The notes under the pieces are model-generated. The model was given only the letters and a program-made list of their open reading frames with translations. It did no database searches and was not told the origin of the DNA. A stretch of DNA of 39,975 nucleotides from Nemertoderma westbladi (lineage: Eukaryota; Animalia; Xenacoelomorpha). A program made the translations under genes and the position numbers. The stretch's first letter is position 1. Every line of letters starts with the position of its first letter. The stretch covers positions 1-39,975 of the forward strand of contig JAUCBJ010000591.1 of assembly GCA_032718475.1 (NCBI GenBank). The letters run 5' to 3'. Positions 12,702-24,420 of the stretch are shown one piece after another.

Positions 12702-13801
12702 TTGTAGCCTATAATTTGCAATTTATTTTCATGCAATACGTAAATTCACTCCTTAAAATTTCATTATTACCGAATTACAGTAAAGTTGCCGGATATAAGA
12801 TAGTTCTTTATATATCCCCTATTAGATACAAATTATGTATTTATATCCCAGCAGCATATAAAGTATTGAAAATAATATAAAGGTGATTTACTTTATATCC
12901 CGTATATTAAATGGGCACCAAGGGACTCAGCTATGTGAATGTTCAATGTAGTAATTACTAAACCATCGCGCAAGGTTGAAGTTACACTTAAAGTTCCTGA
13001 AAACAGGAAATACAGTAACAATCATGCCATAACTGATTATTTGTAATTCTATAAATCGGAGACAAAAAATATTGAAATATATTGAGAAATATATACAAAA
13101 ATTACTGCTCTATATGTCGAAGTTAATTTAATAGTAGAATAAACCTTATGGTAAAATATAACTAACAGAGTAAACTATAAAACGGCACAATAACAGAATA
13201 CAAAAATTGTCACAATAATACACATAATACAAATCATATAACAGGGAAAATACGTAGGAATACATATAACAGTACACTAGCACAGGACAAGGGGATGGGG
13301 GGGGGGGGGGGGGGTTAGTTATATTTTTCCTTCTGATGTTGATTACATACAATGCGATTTAAAGTATTATCGCTGTTATTTTCATTATTTCGATTTGTTT
13401 CCCCATATCCGTTCCAGTAAAATGTCAATACAAACAGTTTAAAGTATTGCTCAAATCTTAACGTAAGCATCCACTGTGTTGAGATTGAATGGAAATGGTT
13501 AGAATGGTAAAGAAACTGTAGCGCAGTAAATAAAGGTAATGGTCATTCTGTAGCAGTAAACAACCCAATATTGTTTGAATTGAGGAGATACTAGTTATAG
13601 AAAAAGTAATAGACATAGAAATAGTGGGATATACAAATATCCATACTAATTATGGATGAAAGTAGCAGAAAATATATCCACATGGAATTTATATTCAATA
13701 GGGGTAAATTGGCCTATACGCTAATATTATTTTACTTACAGATATGGGATTGTAAAAAAAACCAATGTCTTAAAAACTGCGCTTGATCATTTGGCTATTA
13801 A

Positions 13802-15375
13802 CCCTATTAGTACCGGGCTATAAAATGTTGTACAAATACCGGGGAGGGGTCATATTGAACCCCCCCCCCCCCCCCCCCCCCCCCTCTAAAATCTACAAAT
13901 ATTTACGAAAACGTCTGATTTTTTGTTTGTACGTAGGTATCACTTGTCTGGATCCGACCGAAAAAAAAAATTTTCGAAAAAATGTACTGGGTTGGTTATA
14001 TTGCAGCACCAAAATTACAAGTAGTGCACAATTTTCCCAAAATTTGAAAGTTACATTTTTCGGCTAATTGTTTTTCAATACAGGTTTTCTGGGGTGCAAA
14101 ATACATTGGAAAATATTAAAAAATGATATGATTACTATAAATGGCTGTTTAGTCCTCCCTGCGTAGGAAAAAAATGAAAAAACAAGTAACCAGCACTTTT
14201 CAGTTAGAACACAAAATTTTTAATTCACTTACACGATGCTATAAATTCAGATTTTCAGGTTTTCGAGGGCGCTGATTCTAATGGAATACATTTCTAATAT
14301 GCCAGATCATTGCTACTTGTATTTTTCGGCGTAATTTGGCAAATTTTGGTGCTAGCACCAAATTTCGTACCCATCACCAAAAAGTACAAGTTTGCGATGT
14401 GCAGTGCTGTTTTTATTGATTCCATCGGATTCAGGACCCTCATAAACCCGTATAACGCAAGAAACAAGGTGATACTATCTACTTATCAATTTGCATATTT
14501 TCCAAAATTTGGTGCTGGCACAACAATTTTCACCCACCGGCGAAAAATACAAGTTTGAGAACTCTTATGAAATTTTTACTGATTCCATTGAATTCAGAAC
14601 CATCACAAACCCGTATAACGCAAGAAACAACTGACACAATCAATTGATATATTTGATGGTATTCCAAATTTGGTCCTAGCACCACATTTTGCACCCACTT
14701 CCGAAAAATACAAGTTTGAGATGTCTAGTTCGATAATTATATTTTCCATTGAATTCAGAACAGCCATAAACCTCTAAAACGCAAGAAATAAATTGTCACA
14801 AGCAATTTTATCTATTGAATGGATTTTCAAAATTTCGTGCTAGCACCAAAATTTGCACACAGCACCGAAAAATACAAGTTTGATACGTTTGGTGCAACTC
14901 GTATATATTTCATCGAATCCAGAAACCCAAAAAACCCCAATTGCGTAAAAAACAAGTTTCAAACGATCAATTTACAAATTTGACTTATTTCAAAATTTGG
15001 TGCTGGCACCAAAATTTGGCACCCACCGAAAAAAACAAGTTTGAAATTTCTAAATCAATTTATATGAATTCCATCAAATTTCTAACACCAAAAAACCGGT
15101 GCAAATAAAAAATAGAGATGTTACAATTCATATTTAATGAAATGTAATTTTCAAAAAACGTCTCAAAAAAAGTGCCAAAAGTAGGGTTAAAAAATGGTGC
15201 TATAACTCGAAAAGTACCCAATATTTTTGAAAACGGTTTTCACTACTAGGAAGACAATAGATTTTTAGGAAAAGTCATAAAATTTCAGATTCTCAACTGT
15301 GCTTGTTTCAGAATTATAATAAAAAAACCACGGGTGGGTGTCATATTGACCCCCCCCCCCCCGGGTTTAATAGGG
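13802..15375. mobile_element. Non-autonomous piggyBac-type DNA transposon with an internal ~162-bp tandem repeat
   Basis: TTAA at 13798-13801 and 15376-15379. Ends CCCTATTAGTACCGGG and CCCGGGTTTAATAGGG. Subterminal GTCATATTGA(A)C plus C-tract at both ends. No transposase ORF. Confidence 0.8.
14340..15120. repeat. Diverged ~162-bp tandem repeat x5 inside the piggyBac-type element
   Basis: The palindromic anchor AAATTTGGTGCTAGCACCAAATTT followed by AAAATACAAGTTTG recurs near 14345, 14508, 14668, 14832 and 14995. Confidence 0.85.
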
Positions 15376-15464
15376 TTAAAGAATTATCTCAATTAAAAAA
15401 AGTAAGAAATTATTAATTATCTCAATTGAATAAATTAGTAATTAATGATTAACTTCAGTCTTAC

Positions 15465-15692
15465 CATTCTTTGCAGTAGATCCTTTAACAGTATCACCAT
15501 GATGAGATTTACATTTCATTTTACTTGACCCAGTAGTCTCCTCCCCATCTCGTATTTCCCACATATTTTGGACACCATCAACAGGATCACCAAGGTAGAC
15601 AGCATTGCAACCAGTCGTTCTGGTCTCACATTGAGTAATGCTTGAAGAATCGATGTCACTATCAGATGGACCCAGGTTATGATTTATACAAC
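15465..15692 (-). CDS. Host gene exon G (228 nt, phase 1-1): Cys-rich resistin/PCSK9 C-terminal-like module
   Basis: Acceptor tttgcag|, donor AATG|gtaaga. Open frame GCINHNLGPSDSDIDSSSITQCETRTTGCNAVYLGDPVDGVQNMWEIRDGEETTGSSKMKCKSHHGDTVKGSTAKN. Not in the ORF track. Confidence 0.85.
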
Positions 15693-15922
15693 CTGCAAAG
15701 TTGTGATTTATATAACCCTACAAATTTGTGTAAAAGATAAAATCATCTCCTAATCCAGAGCCAAAAAAATTGGAATTTATTGAATAATAATGATTTATAA
15801 ATAGTCAAAACTATTTCCAACTCTTCTGCTGGTGCTAAGTTCACTCCATGGTTTTATGAGATGCCATTTATATTCCTTTTGCAAATGTTCCAATTTATCT
15901 TCAAGAAAAGAAGTACACTTAC

Positions 15923-16141
15923 CTGAAATACAATCTCCAGATATCATAAAGTGTATAGGATCATCGCATTCACAATCACCAGTATCTTGGTTACAAGTTG
16001 CCGCTAGTCCGCATACTACACCAAAACATAGATCGATAGCGCAGTCGCCATTACCGTCCATACTATGAGCAGGATCGTCGCAGTTGCAGTTGCCATCAGT
16101 ACAAGAAGCATCTGTGCCGCAGGTTACACCAGCGCAAGGGT
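15923..16141 (-). CDS. Host gene exon F (219 nt, phase 1-1): two EGF-like domains
   Basis: Acceptor ccttttag|, donor TCAG|gtaagt. Reads DPCAGVTCGTDASCTDGNCNCDDPAHSMDGNGDC and DLCFGVVCGLAATCNQDTGDCECDDPIHFMISGDC, each with six-Cys spacing. Confidence 0.9.
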
Positions 16142-16685
16142 CTAAAAGGTAATTTTAAACATTATTTTGGGAATCCGTTTTGCGCAAAAGCCCCACAGAA
16201 TAAGATAATAATGGATGTCATTCATAGCACAATAAATGTCTCTGAGGGGCCCAGCTTCTGATAAACAACGACATGTCTCTATGATCAGTGCATAAAGAAA
16301 TATATGATTAAAATAGTGATATAGTACAGAGAGTAGTATATTATATAAAGAAATCCAAGCAGTCATTGAGCCTCTTAATCTAATTAGTGCGCTGGGATGG
16401 TACTATTGAAGTACGATATAACACTTATTACAATATTATAGTATATTATATTACTATAACACTTATTTATTTGTTGTGTAGCCACGCAACCAGTTATTGA
16501 ATAACTTAACAATTAACCAAAACCACAGAAAGTATTTACCATAATATACTTAACTTTCATACAAGGCCCAAAACTCCATTTCTGGCTACACTATATTGAT
16601 ACTACTTAAAAAATCAGCATGCTGCATTGCAGCTGCATTTTTAAGAATGCTGTGCCGTCTTGTCGAAAAAATTACGCCGCCACAA

Positions 16686-18020
16686 CTACCTATCACCCAT
16701 GACATTTGCTAGAAAATCCGCATCTTCAAGGCCAGTGTCCTTTAAGATGCGTCTCAAAAAAGTCATGTGCTGTCCACCATGCATATTCACTCCATGAGGC
16801 TGCCAAAGCACAAGATTATGCACTGGCTGGTCGTCATGGTGAAAGGCATGTCCTGCAAAGCGGAGTCCAATGAGCGGAACCAATGAGCGAGATTGGAACC
16901 TCCAATGTTATATAGTGTCTGGTTGGAGATGTGTGCATTGTACTTGACACAATGAACCCGGTGTAGAATTCTTGTGAATGTGCCATCCAGAGATTTGGTG
17001 TCCTCAGCAGTTAGAGCCCAGCATGGACTCCCATAGAGGAGTACTGGAACTACTGCTGCTCTAAAGAATCGGACCTTAAGTTTCCGATTAATTCTCTGTG
17101 ATTTCCAAATCCTGGAAAGCCTATTCAAGGTTGCCCATGCCTTTCCCATATGTATTCGAAGGTCCTCACCTGACTTCCGGATCCATGATCCCAGGTAACA
17201 GAAGTCATCCACATGCTCAAGCATACCATCTTTTGAGCTTATGCTCATCCGATCATAGACTTGCTGAGGACTATCAAAGTTAACTGTCAAAATTTTGGTC
17301 TTTCTGGAGTTAATAAGATGTAGTCATGCCGCGGTAAGGCAAATTTCGTTGTTCTGCTAGCACGCAGACTAAGTCTTACCTTGGCCACAATAAGGCAGTG
17401 GTCACTGGAGAAGGTTCGAAGTGTAAATGCATTACAGTCTTGTATAGAGCTCCTGTATTTCCTACGAAACAGAATATGGTCTATCTGGGACTTGTGACCA
17501 CTGGGTCCACTATGAGTCCATAGCTTTCCAGTTCGCTTCTTGAACTGGGTTCCAGCCGATAACAATCCATTTCCAGAGATAAAATCCTGAAGATGGACGG
17601 AATTTCGGTTAACACTATCGCTATAGACCCAGGGCGATGTAGGTGATTGATGCAGACTTGTATTAAAGTCTCCCAGGAATGTTAAGAATGCATGCTGATC
17701 CACTCCATCAGTAGCTGCTTGTAGATTGTGGTAGAAATTTTCCACCTCCTCTACAGGGGCAACACTAGTTGGAGAGTAGCACACAATCAGAACCACCTTA
17801 GGAAACTTTTTAGCCAGTCTTCCAGAACATGAGAAGTGGCAACGGATGATGTAGTTAGAGATTTGGTCTATTTTGTCCAATACTGCATGTGCAGTTGGAT
17901 TCATCAATAAACCAATTCCACCATTGCCACTATCATCTGCTGATGCGAGGGTGAGTCGCCAACCGCCCCCCTTGTCCTTAATCATAACCTCATCCAGATT
18001 GTCCAGTCTGCATTCTTTTG
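16686..18020 (-). mobile_element. RTE-clade LINE, 5'-truncated, with most of the RT core deleted
   Basis: AP endonuclease motifs GGIGLL, CYSPT, LGDFN, SQIDHIL, SDH (ORF 17287-18099). These are followed at once by the RT end and thumb LEHVDDFCYLGS, KAW, LKVRFFRAAVVPVLLYGS..W, LRFAGH (16686-17290). Confidence 0.88.
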
Positions 18021-18234
18021 ATGACTTATCAAAATAAATTAATAATAAATTCATTCCTAATAAATTTATGCCCCACATTAAATTAGCACTTACAAACATC
18101 CAGAACTGTTAGTTCTGTATCTCCACTTACCAACAACAAAAGCGGTTAGTTATGTTTCCCCAGTTACCAACAATAAGAACACGTTATATCTGTTTCTTCA
18201 CTGACCTATAACGATAACTGTTAGTTCGGTTTTC

Positions 18235-18289
18235 CGGTTCTAGGACAGTAGCCCCCCGGACAGTAGCCCTGGCTACTGTCCTAACACTG
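18235..18289. mobile_element. Tiny (55-bp) MITE-like insertion in the 37-bp array
   Basis: Inverted ends TAGGACAGTAGCC and GGCTACTGTCCTA, with an internal direct copy of GGACAGTAGCCC. Confidence 0.6.
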
Positions 18290-19340
18290 TTTTTCCACTT
18301 AACAACAACAATAACTGTTAGTTCTGTTAGTTCTATAACGATAACCGTTGTTAGTTCTGTTATCCACTTACCAAACAACGAGAACTGTTTGTTCTGTTTC
18401 TCCACTGACCAAAAATGAGAACTGTTAGTTCTGTTTCTCCACTTACCAATAACGAGAACTGTTAGTTCTGTTTCTCCACTTACCAATAACAAGAACTATT
18501 AGTTCTGTTTCTCCACTTACCAATAACCAGAACTGTTGGTTCTGTTTCTCCACTTACCAACAACAAGAACTGGTAGTTCTGTTTATCCACTTACCAATAA
18601 CAAGAACTGTTAGTTCTGTTTCTCCACTTACCAAAAATGAGAACTGTTAGTTCTGTTTCTCCACTTACCAATAACGAGAACTGTTAGTTCTGTTTCTCCA
18701 CTTACCAATAACAAGAACTATTAGTTCTGTTTCTCCACTTACCAATAACCAGAACTGTTGGTTCTGTTTCTCCACTTACCATCAACAAGAACTGGTAGAT
18801 CTGTTTATCCACTTACCAATAACAAGAACTGTTAGTTCTGTTTCTCCACTTACCAATAACAAGAACTGTTGGTTCTGTTTCTCCACTTACCAACAACAAG
18901 AACTGGTAGTTCTGTTTATCCACTTACCAATAACAAGAACTGGTAGTTCTGTTTCTCCACTTACCAATAACAAGAACTGTTAGTTCTGTTTCTCCACTTA
19001 CCAATAACAAGAACTGTTTGTTCTGTTTCTCCACTTACCAACAACAAGAACTGGTAGTTCTGTTTCTCCACTTACCAATAACCAGAACTGTTGGATCTGT
19101 TTCTCCACTTACCAATAACAAGAACTGTTTGTTCTGTTTCTCCACATACCAACAACGAGAACTGGTAGTTCTGTTTCTCCACTTACCAATAACAAGAGCT
19201 GGTAGTTCTGTTTCTCCACTTACCAATAACAAGAACTGTTTGTTCTGTTTCTCCACTTACCAACAACGAGAACTGGTAGTTCTGTTTCTCCACTTACCAA
19301 TAACAAAAAACTGTTAGTTCTGTTTCTCCACTTACCAATA

Positions 19341-19687
19341 TTAACTAAAAGGTAAAAACACAAGAGTTTTACGCCCCACAAAAAATATAGAATCAGGACA
19401 TTAAGTCCAAAACGTACTCAGCCCTTAGAGCCATCTAAGGACACAGTCAAGACAATATATGAAAATATATGACATTTTGTCGCCACAAAAGGGGTAGAAC
19501 TAGGGCAAAAAATAATTAAATTGTAAAAAATTTGTTGAGCATGTTATTATTTTGTTTTGTTTGTTGTTTTTTGTTTGTCTTGACTGTGTCCTTAGATGGC
19601 CCTAAGGGCTGAGTACTTTTTGGGCTTAATGTCCTTATTCTATATTTTTTGTTGGTCGTAAGACTCTTTTGTATACCTTTTAGTTAA
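19341..19687. mobile_element. MITE with ~115-bp terminal inverted repeats, inserted in the 37-bp array
   Basis: TTAACTAAAAGGT...CCATCTAAGGACACAGTCAAGACAA (19341-19456) is mirrored at ~19574-19687. TA flanks both sides. Confidence 0.85.
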
Positions 19688-19812
19688 TATATACAGTATA
19701 TAACAAGCCACTGTTAGTTCTGTTTCTCCACCTACCAACAACGACGAGAACTGGTTGTTATTTTTCTCCACTTACCAACAACGAGAACTGTTAGTTCTGT
19801 TTCTCCACTTAC

Positions 19813-19936
19813 CAATAACGAGAACTGTTAGTTCTGTTTCTCCATTTGCTCCATATCCGTAAGTCTCTATCTCGCATTTATATAGACCACTGTGGCTGAC
19901 AGCTGCAACTGATATTGATAATTCTCCGTTAATTAC
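19813..19936 (-). CDS. Host gene exon E (124 nt, phase 0-1): C-terminal half of an Ig (I-set-like) domain
   Basis: Acceptor ttttgcctag|, donor ATTG|gtaagt. Reads VINGELSISVAAVSHSGLYKCEIETYGYGANGETELTVLVI (L.I....SG.Y.C and G-strand ELTV). Not in the ORF track. Confidence 0.9.
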
Positions 19937-20039
19937 CTAGGCAAAATACGATTGTGTTAGAGGTGAGTTTATTCAAACTGTAGGCAAAATTTATATGAAT
20001 TGGGCAGCACTGTTTGAGCACAATGCTTTAAATACAGCA

Positions 20040-20110
20040 GCCTAGCTCAACCCTGGCTTTCATCCATCCTTCAGTGATCGATAAATTGGAACCAAGGCAA
20101 CTTGGGAAAC
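20040..20110 (+). mobile_element. Decayed SINE central-domain fragment
   Basis: CTTTCATCCATCCTTCAGTGATCGATAAATTGGAACCA resembles the core of the SINE at 21422-21650. Confidence 0.4.
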
Positions 20111-20452
20111 AGAGTGGAAGGGTTTACTGTGGAAGATCACCCATGGTGGTGAACATTCATTGGCTTAATGAGCCTAAAAGATTCTCCCATTCATTTCAAA
20201 AATTGTAATATTTTCTGTTAAGGCGGTATATAATTCACCAGCTGCTGTTGCATCATAACACACATTTACTTGCTGTCTTTCTATGATATAAGGGTCTAAT
20301 ACATTCCAACATTTGAGACTATATTGCCGGACAATTTCCATCAAAGTCCAATAGTAATTATGCCACCAGGGCGATCATCAATTTATTAATTCACAGTAAT
20401 TATTTTTTCTTTATAATATGCTTAAATAAAATATTGTGGAATTTTAAAATAT

Positions 20453-20521
20453 GTATATCGTTTAATGGTCGCATTCTTGCACTTCCAATCTGGCGACCGG
20501 GTTCGATCCTCATACGGAGTA
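20453..20521 (+). mobile_element. tRNA-derived SINE head or tRNA pseudogene (Gly-TCC-like loop)
   Basis: A-box-like GTTTAATGG, loop CTTCCAA, B-box GGTTCGATCC. Stems pair poorly. Confidence 0.4.
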
Positions 20522-20922
20522 GCACTGTATTTGCACATTGCTTTAATAGCTGCATCCTAGCCCAACCCAGGCGTTCATCCTTGACTGGTCAACAAGGAAT
20601 TATATTTGATATGTAAAATATTTTGAATATTTCTATAAGAAAATTATATTATTAATAAAACATAACATTAACATAAAATGTTCAATTCTAGAGCTGACAG
20701 TATAGAATGACGAAAAATAATTTTTAGATCAATAAGTTTACTCAATATCCATTTAGTGAGACCCAGTAAGGCCAGTAATGAATGAACGTTATTTTCGAAT
20801 AAACTATTTCATTTTCAATTCTGATTGCTTGTCGTCTAATTATGATATCTGAAACATGTGTTTTATCAAACAGACATTGCAATTATTTTTGTTATAAATT
20901 AAAACTATTTTGCTAAACGAAC

Positions 20923-21314
20923 CTGGTAACCATCTACTCCATCAAATAAAGGTATATCATCGAGATACCAGTTGAATTCGTAAGGATATATTACGTCTGG
21001 AATACTGGACGGTACAGTGCATTCCAGTGATAGGCTGCCTCCCATGGTTACCGGGTTGCTCAGTGAGGCTACTAAACCTAATAAGACACTTGTTGGTAGG
21101 CAAGAAGTATCTCCAGATAGTCGGCGATAAATACTACACTGCCGATTAATGTTAGACACATCCTGGCAACCAGTTGAACCCGATGATGGGATTGGTAGAT
21201 TACACAAGCGTGTAAAGGTTGATACACCGAATTGGTCAATGGAATCAGCATTGCTACAGAAATCTGTGACGTCACAAGTGGTAGTTTCAGCAAATGCACC
21301 ATAATGACCATCAC
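20923..21314 (-). CDS. Host gene exon D (392 nt, phase 1-0): divergent TSP1 domain plus N-terminal half of the Ig domain
   Basis: Acceptor ttctttcag|, donor CCAG|gttcgt. Reads SDGHYGAFAETTTCDVTDFC...GVSTFTRLCNLPIPSSGSTGC...RQC, then VTMGGSLSLECTV...FNWYLDD. Confidence 0.88.
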
Positions 21315-21421
21315 CTGAAAGAAATTTGAATGTAAGGAGAAACTGTAACCATATTTTTGTTGATACCGAATTATTTGTTTTTTCTAAATGTCAGAGGAAT
21401 AAATTAAAATTAGTACTGTAT

Positions 21422-21650
21422 GTACAGAAAGCGGGGAGGCTCAGTTGGTTGAGCGCCGGGCCTGCAATCTATTGGTTGTAGGTTCAGCCCCGCCAGGGTC
21501 CACTCAGCCTTTCATCCACTGGGGTCGATAAAATGAGTACCAGTTAAATAACTGGGAGCAAATCTTGGAATAGGAGTAGCGCCCACCCCTACCCTCGGGT
21601 AGGAAGAGGAGCCCTCGGGTCGCCTCCGGCTTCGGCCGACTGTTTGCTTT
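21422..21650 (+). mobile_element. tRNA-derived SINE with a conserved central domain and a 12-bp flanking duplication
   Basis: A-box GGCTCAGTTGG, B-box-like GGTTCAGCCCC, core CACTCAGCCTTTCATCC..GGTCGATAAAATGAGTACCAG, T-rich end. TTAGTACTGTAT occurs at 21410-21421 and 21651-21662. Confidence 0.8.
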
Positions 21651-22153
21651 TTAGTACTGTATTATAATTTTGTTTCAGAAAATAAAGAAGCTGGAGTAAT
21701 ATATTATACAGAAGTGGATAAAGACCTCCCTCATTGCACCATCTCTAGTAATATTCTAAGATTCTGGTGCCAATCCATCTAACTCTATCTGTCAAGTTAA
21801 AGGTATTGTTCACAAGTTCACATGTTGACACTGTAGAATAAAATAGTTAATAAAGATTATTTAATATTATTATTCATTATTAATTAATAATAAATTAATT
21901 GATCTATCGTTCGGTGCCAGAGATGTCTTTTATGAGCGAAAATCACAGTAAACTTTGTTCCCTCTTGTCCTACTTCCTGTAATGGCACAATTAAATTCCG
22001 CCATACAAGGATGTCACAGTTATACCAGAGCTGTACTACAGTACAACCTTCACTAACTAACAAAGCTATAGTACCGGGACACATCAACTATCAGTCTGAC
22101 AGTCCCTTCACCAATACTCTCTCACAGATTTAATTTGCAAACAAAGTACTTAC

Positions 22154-22459
22154 TTAAACAAGATAAAGAAACCGACTGTCCATTGCACTCAGATTTATAT
22201 GTAATACTTTGGTGTGAACATTGAGTAAAAGATAATTCCTCTCCTGAGCAATCAACATCAACCAATCCGAACTCAGAGCTTCCAGTATCTAACTGAACTG
22301 CTTCCAGATCAGAGAAACCCAATAAATGGCAGGCCTTCAATGCTGTTGCCTGAGTGGGTACATTAGCTCCACAAACTGACCTCCAATCGTTGAGATGATA
22401 ATCGAAAACTTCCAATCTTCCTGAACCAACAGCTGTTGATTCGCTTAGTCGTAAAGGAC
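22154..22459 (-). CDS. Host gene exon C (306 nt, phase 1-1): scavenger receptor cysteine-rich (SRCR) domain
   Basis: Acceptor tgtttcag|, donor TTAA|gtaagt. Reads LRL...GSGRLEVF...WRSVC...ACHLLGF...VDCSGEELSFTQC...C...VSLSC. Confidence 0.93.
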
Positions 22460-22591
22460 CTGAAACAACATAAATACATTTACAATTCCTTACCAATTTC
22501 AGCATATTACACTCAGTCCGAATATCATTTAGAATGTATGCTTACTAAAATTTCACTTTACTGTGTCGCAATTTATATTTTGTAAACCTAC

Positions 22592-22838
22592 CAATACACT
22601 CCACCGAGTAGCAGTCTATAGTAATGATCTTTGGTCCCAGCGCAGAGCACTGTGAGTCATCAACAACATTGTCACCAATGTAACATTCTCTTACGAACAT
22701 CCTAGTTCCTAGTCCACAGACAGCGTCACAGTCTGGGTTGTCGTCTATATTCTTCCATTTTATGCAGGGATCTAACCCACACGCCTGTATTTCAATGCCA
22801 TTTCCTAAACATTTACCGTGACACTCGCGGCGTCTTTC
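22592..22838 (-). CDS. Host gene exon B (247 nt, phase 0-1): second half of a TSP1 domain plus another TSP1-like domain
   Basis: Acceptor attttag|, donor ATTG|gtaggt. Reads ERRRECHGKCLGNGIEIQACGLDPCIKW...CDAVCGLGTRMFVREC...QC...DCYSVEC. Not in the ORF track. Confidence 0.92.
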
Positions 22839-23488
22839 CTAAAATATAAAGGGTAGAATTCCTTATTGCTGTCATTATCACAGTATGTCAGGCTTTTGGA
22901 TCTAGAGTGTTATCCAAAGTTATCCAAAGTGTCCTATGTTTCTGGAACTGATTGTAAAAGATAATTCATTCTTATCCTAAAAATCTTGAAGGGGTTATTC
23001 AACATATCAAAAGAATTTTAGGCAAGAATTGTTGATTCACAGCTACTTTTCTGTTTTAAATAATAATCATCTGTCTGAGGGATTCTGGAACAGGTAGTCG
23101 CATTGTGACGAGATATGTTCGGGTTATAGTTTATGAGGTCCGGATGATCTTGATTCTTGAGACCTTCTGTTTCTGGTTTAAAAGCAATCATGAATATTTA
23201 TATAAATTTTGCGATTGCAAAGTACGTCTTTAGCAGTAATGCAGAAACTGTATAAATAAATTTTAAGAGTATTCCTTTTGGATAAAGTGGTCACAGTCGA
23301 AATACAATATTTTTATTAACATTGCGACCTATCCCAGGGTTAAACAAGCAACACACCTAACATATATAACGTCAGTGATTTGGTGCAGATGTTAAATGTA
23401 AACGTAGTGCATTTATAGGGGTATGGGTTTATTTGGGGTATATTATTCCTGTATTCTGTCTGTGTTATATATTAGTGTTATTGCAGTA

Positions 23489-24420
23489 CACCATGTCCCA
23501 TAATATAGTGTCATTTTCTGATGACACGGACCCCCCCCCCCCCCCCCCCCCCAGATTTTTCTACAAATCTTTATCATATTGCTTGAACTTTGAAACACAA
23601 CTAGTTCCACTCGCCGTCGATGAGCCCATGAAGCCGGAATTTTTGATTTGCCTTTAATTTTTTTTTAAGAGTTTTAAAAAAGTGTCTTTTGCGAAATCGC
23701 ACCCGCCGTATCGTGGACATTCTTTACATTAGTTCTACATTAGTCGTATTTTTTTCATATCATTAAAAAGCTTGCCTTGCAAGGATTCGAAATATGTAAC
23801 AATATCTGAATTTCGTTGATAAATAACTGAGATGTAGGTGTTCAAAGATTGCACTAAGTATCGATCGCCGAAGGGCATTTATTCCATTTAATAAATACAC
23901 AATTCTGGAACAATTTGTTTATGTATGAATAGCTACGCAATAGATATATTTGATAGGATTACCGCTGTTGCCAACCAACTTATAAAATAAATAACACATT
24001 CTAGAATTTTGTGTATTTATTAAATAGAATAAATGGCTTGCAGCGAACGATAATTCTTGCAATATTTGAACGCCTATATCTCAGTTGTTTCTCAACGAAA
24101 TTCAGATATTGTTACATATTTGGATTCCTTGCAACGCAAGCTTTTTAATGATATGAAAAAAATACGACTAATGTGAAGAATGTCCACGATACGGAGGGTG
24201 CGATTTCGCAAAAGACACTTTTTTAAAACTCTTATAAAAATAAATTAAAGGCAAAATCGAAAATTCCGGCTTCATGGGGTCATCGACGGTGAGTGGAACT
24301 AGTGGAGGTTCAAATTTCAAGCAATATGATAAAGATTTGTAGAACAATCTGGGGAGGGGGGGGGGCGGGGGGGGGGGGTCCGCGTCATCAGAAAATGACA
24401 CTATATTACGGGACATGGTG
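23489..24420. mobile_element. Foldback-like non-autonomous TIR element with TA target duplication (Tc1/mariner-type)
   Basis: TA|CACCATGTCCC...GGGACATGGTG|TA. Arms of ~420 bp (23489-~23910 and ~23999-24420) are inverted copies around a ~90 bp spacer. Confidence 0.9.

Larger units (their letters stand above)
18101..19843. repeat. 37-bp minisatellite, ~35 copies, interrupted by two MITEs; on the minus strand each unit is an exon tail plus the donor TTG|GTAAGT
   Basis: Unit GAGAACTGTTAGTTCTGTTTCTCCACTTACCAATAAC, period 37 (e.g. 18417, 18454). Blocks at 18101-19340 and ~19710-19843; the last unit overlaps exon E. Confidence 0.95.

Noticed and set aside
12893-12996. Possible terminal exon after acceptor ttttcag| (GTLSVTSTLRDG...YGI*)
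   Set aside because: Phase-compatible, but there is no domain signal and splicing exon G to exon H completes the Cys module. An alternative last exon cannot be excluded without RNA data.
18184-19317. ORFs containing GETELTVL-like repeats
   Set aside because: They are rotating-frame readings of the 37-bp array; only the copy inside exon E is coding.
21745-21830. Possible exon after ctacag| (STCELVNNTF...)
   Set aside because: It reaches a stop with no convincing donor, and exons C and D already join in phase.
23433-24416. Two similar ORFs on opposite strands with poly-Pro
   Set aside because: They are the two arms of the foldback element; poly-Pro comes from C-tracts (likewise ORFs 13146-13352 and 13783-14067).
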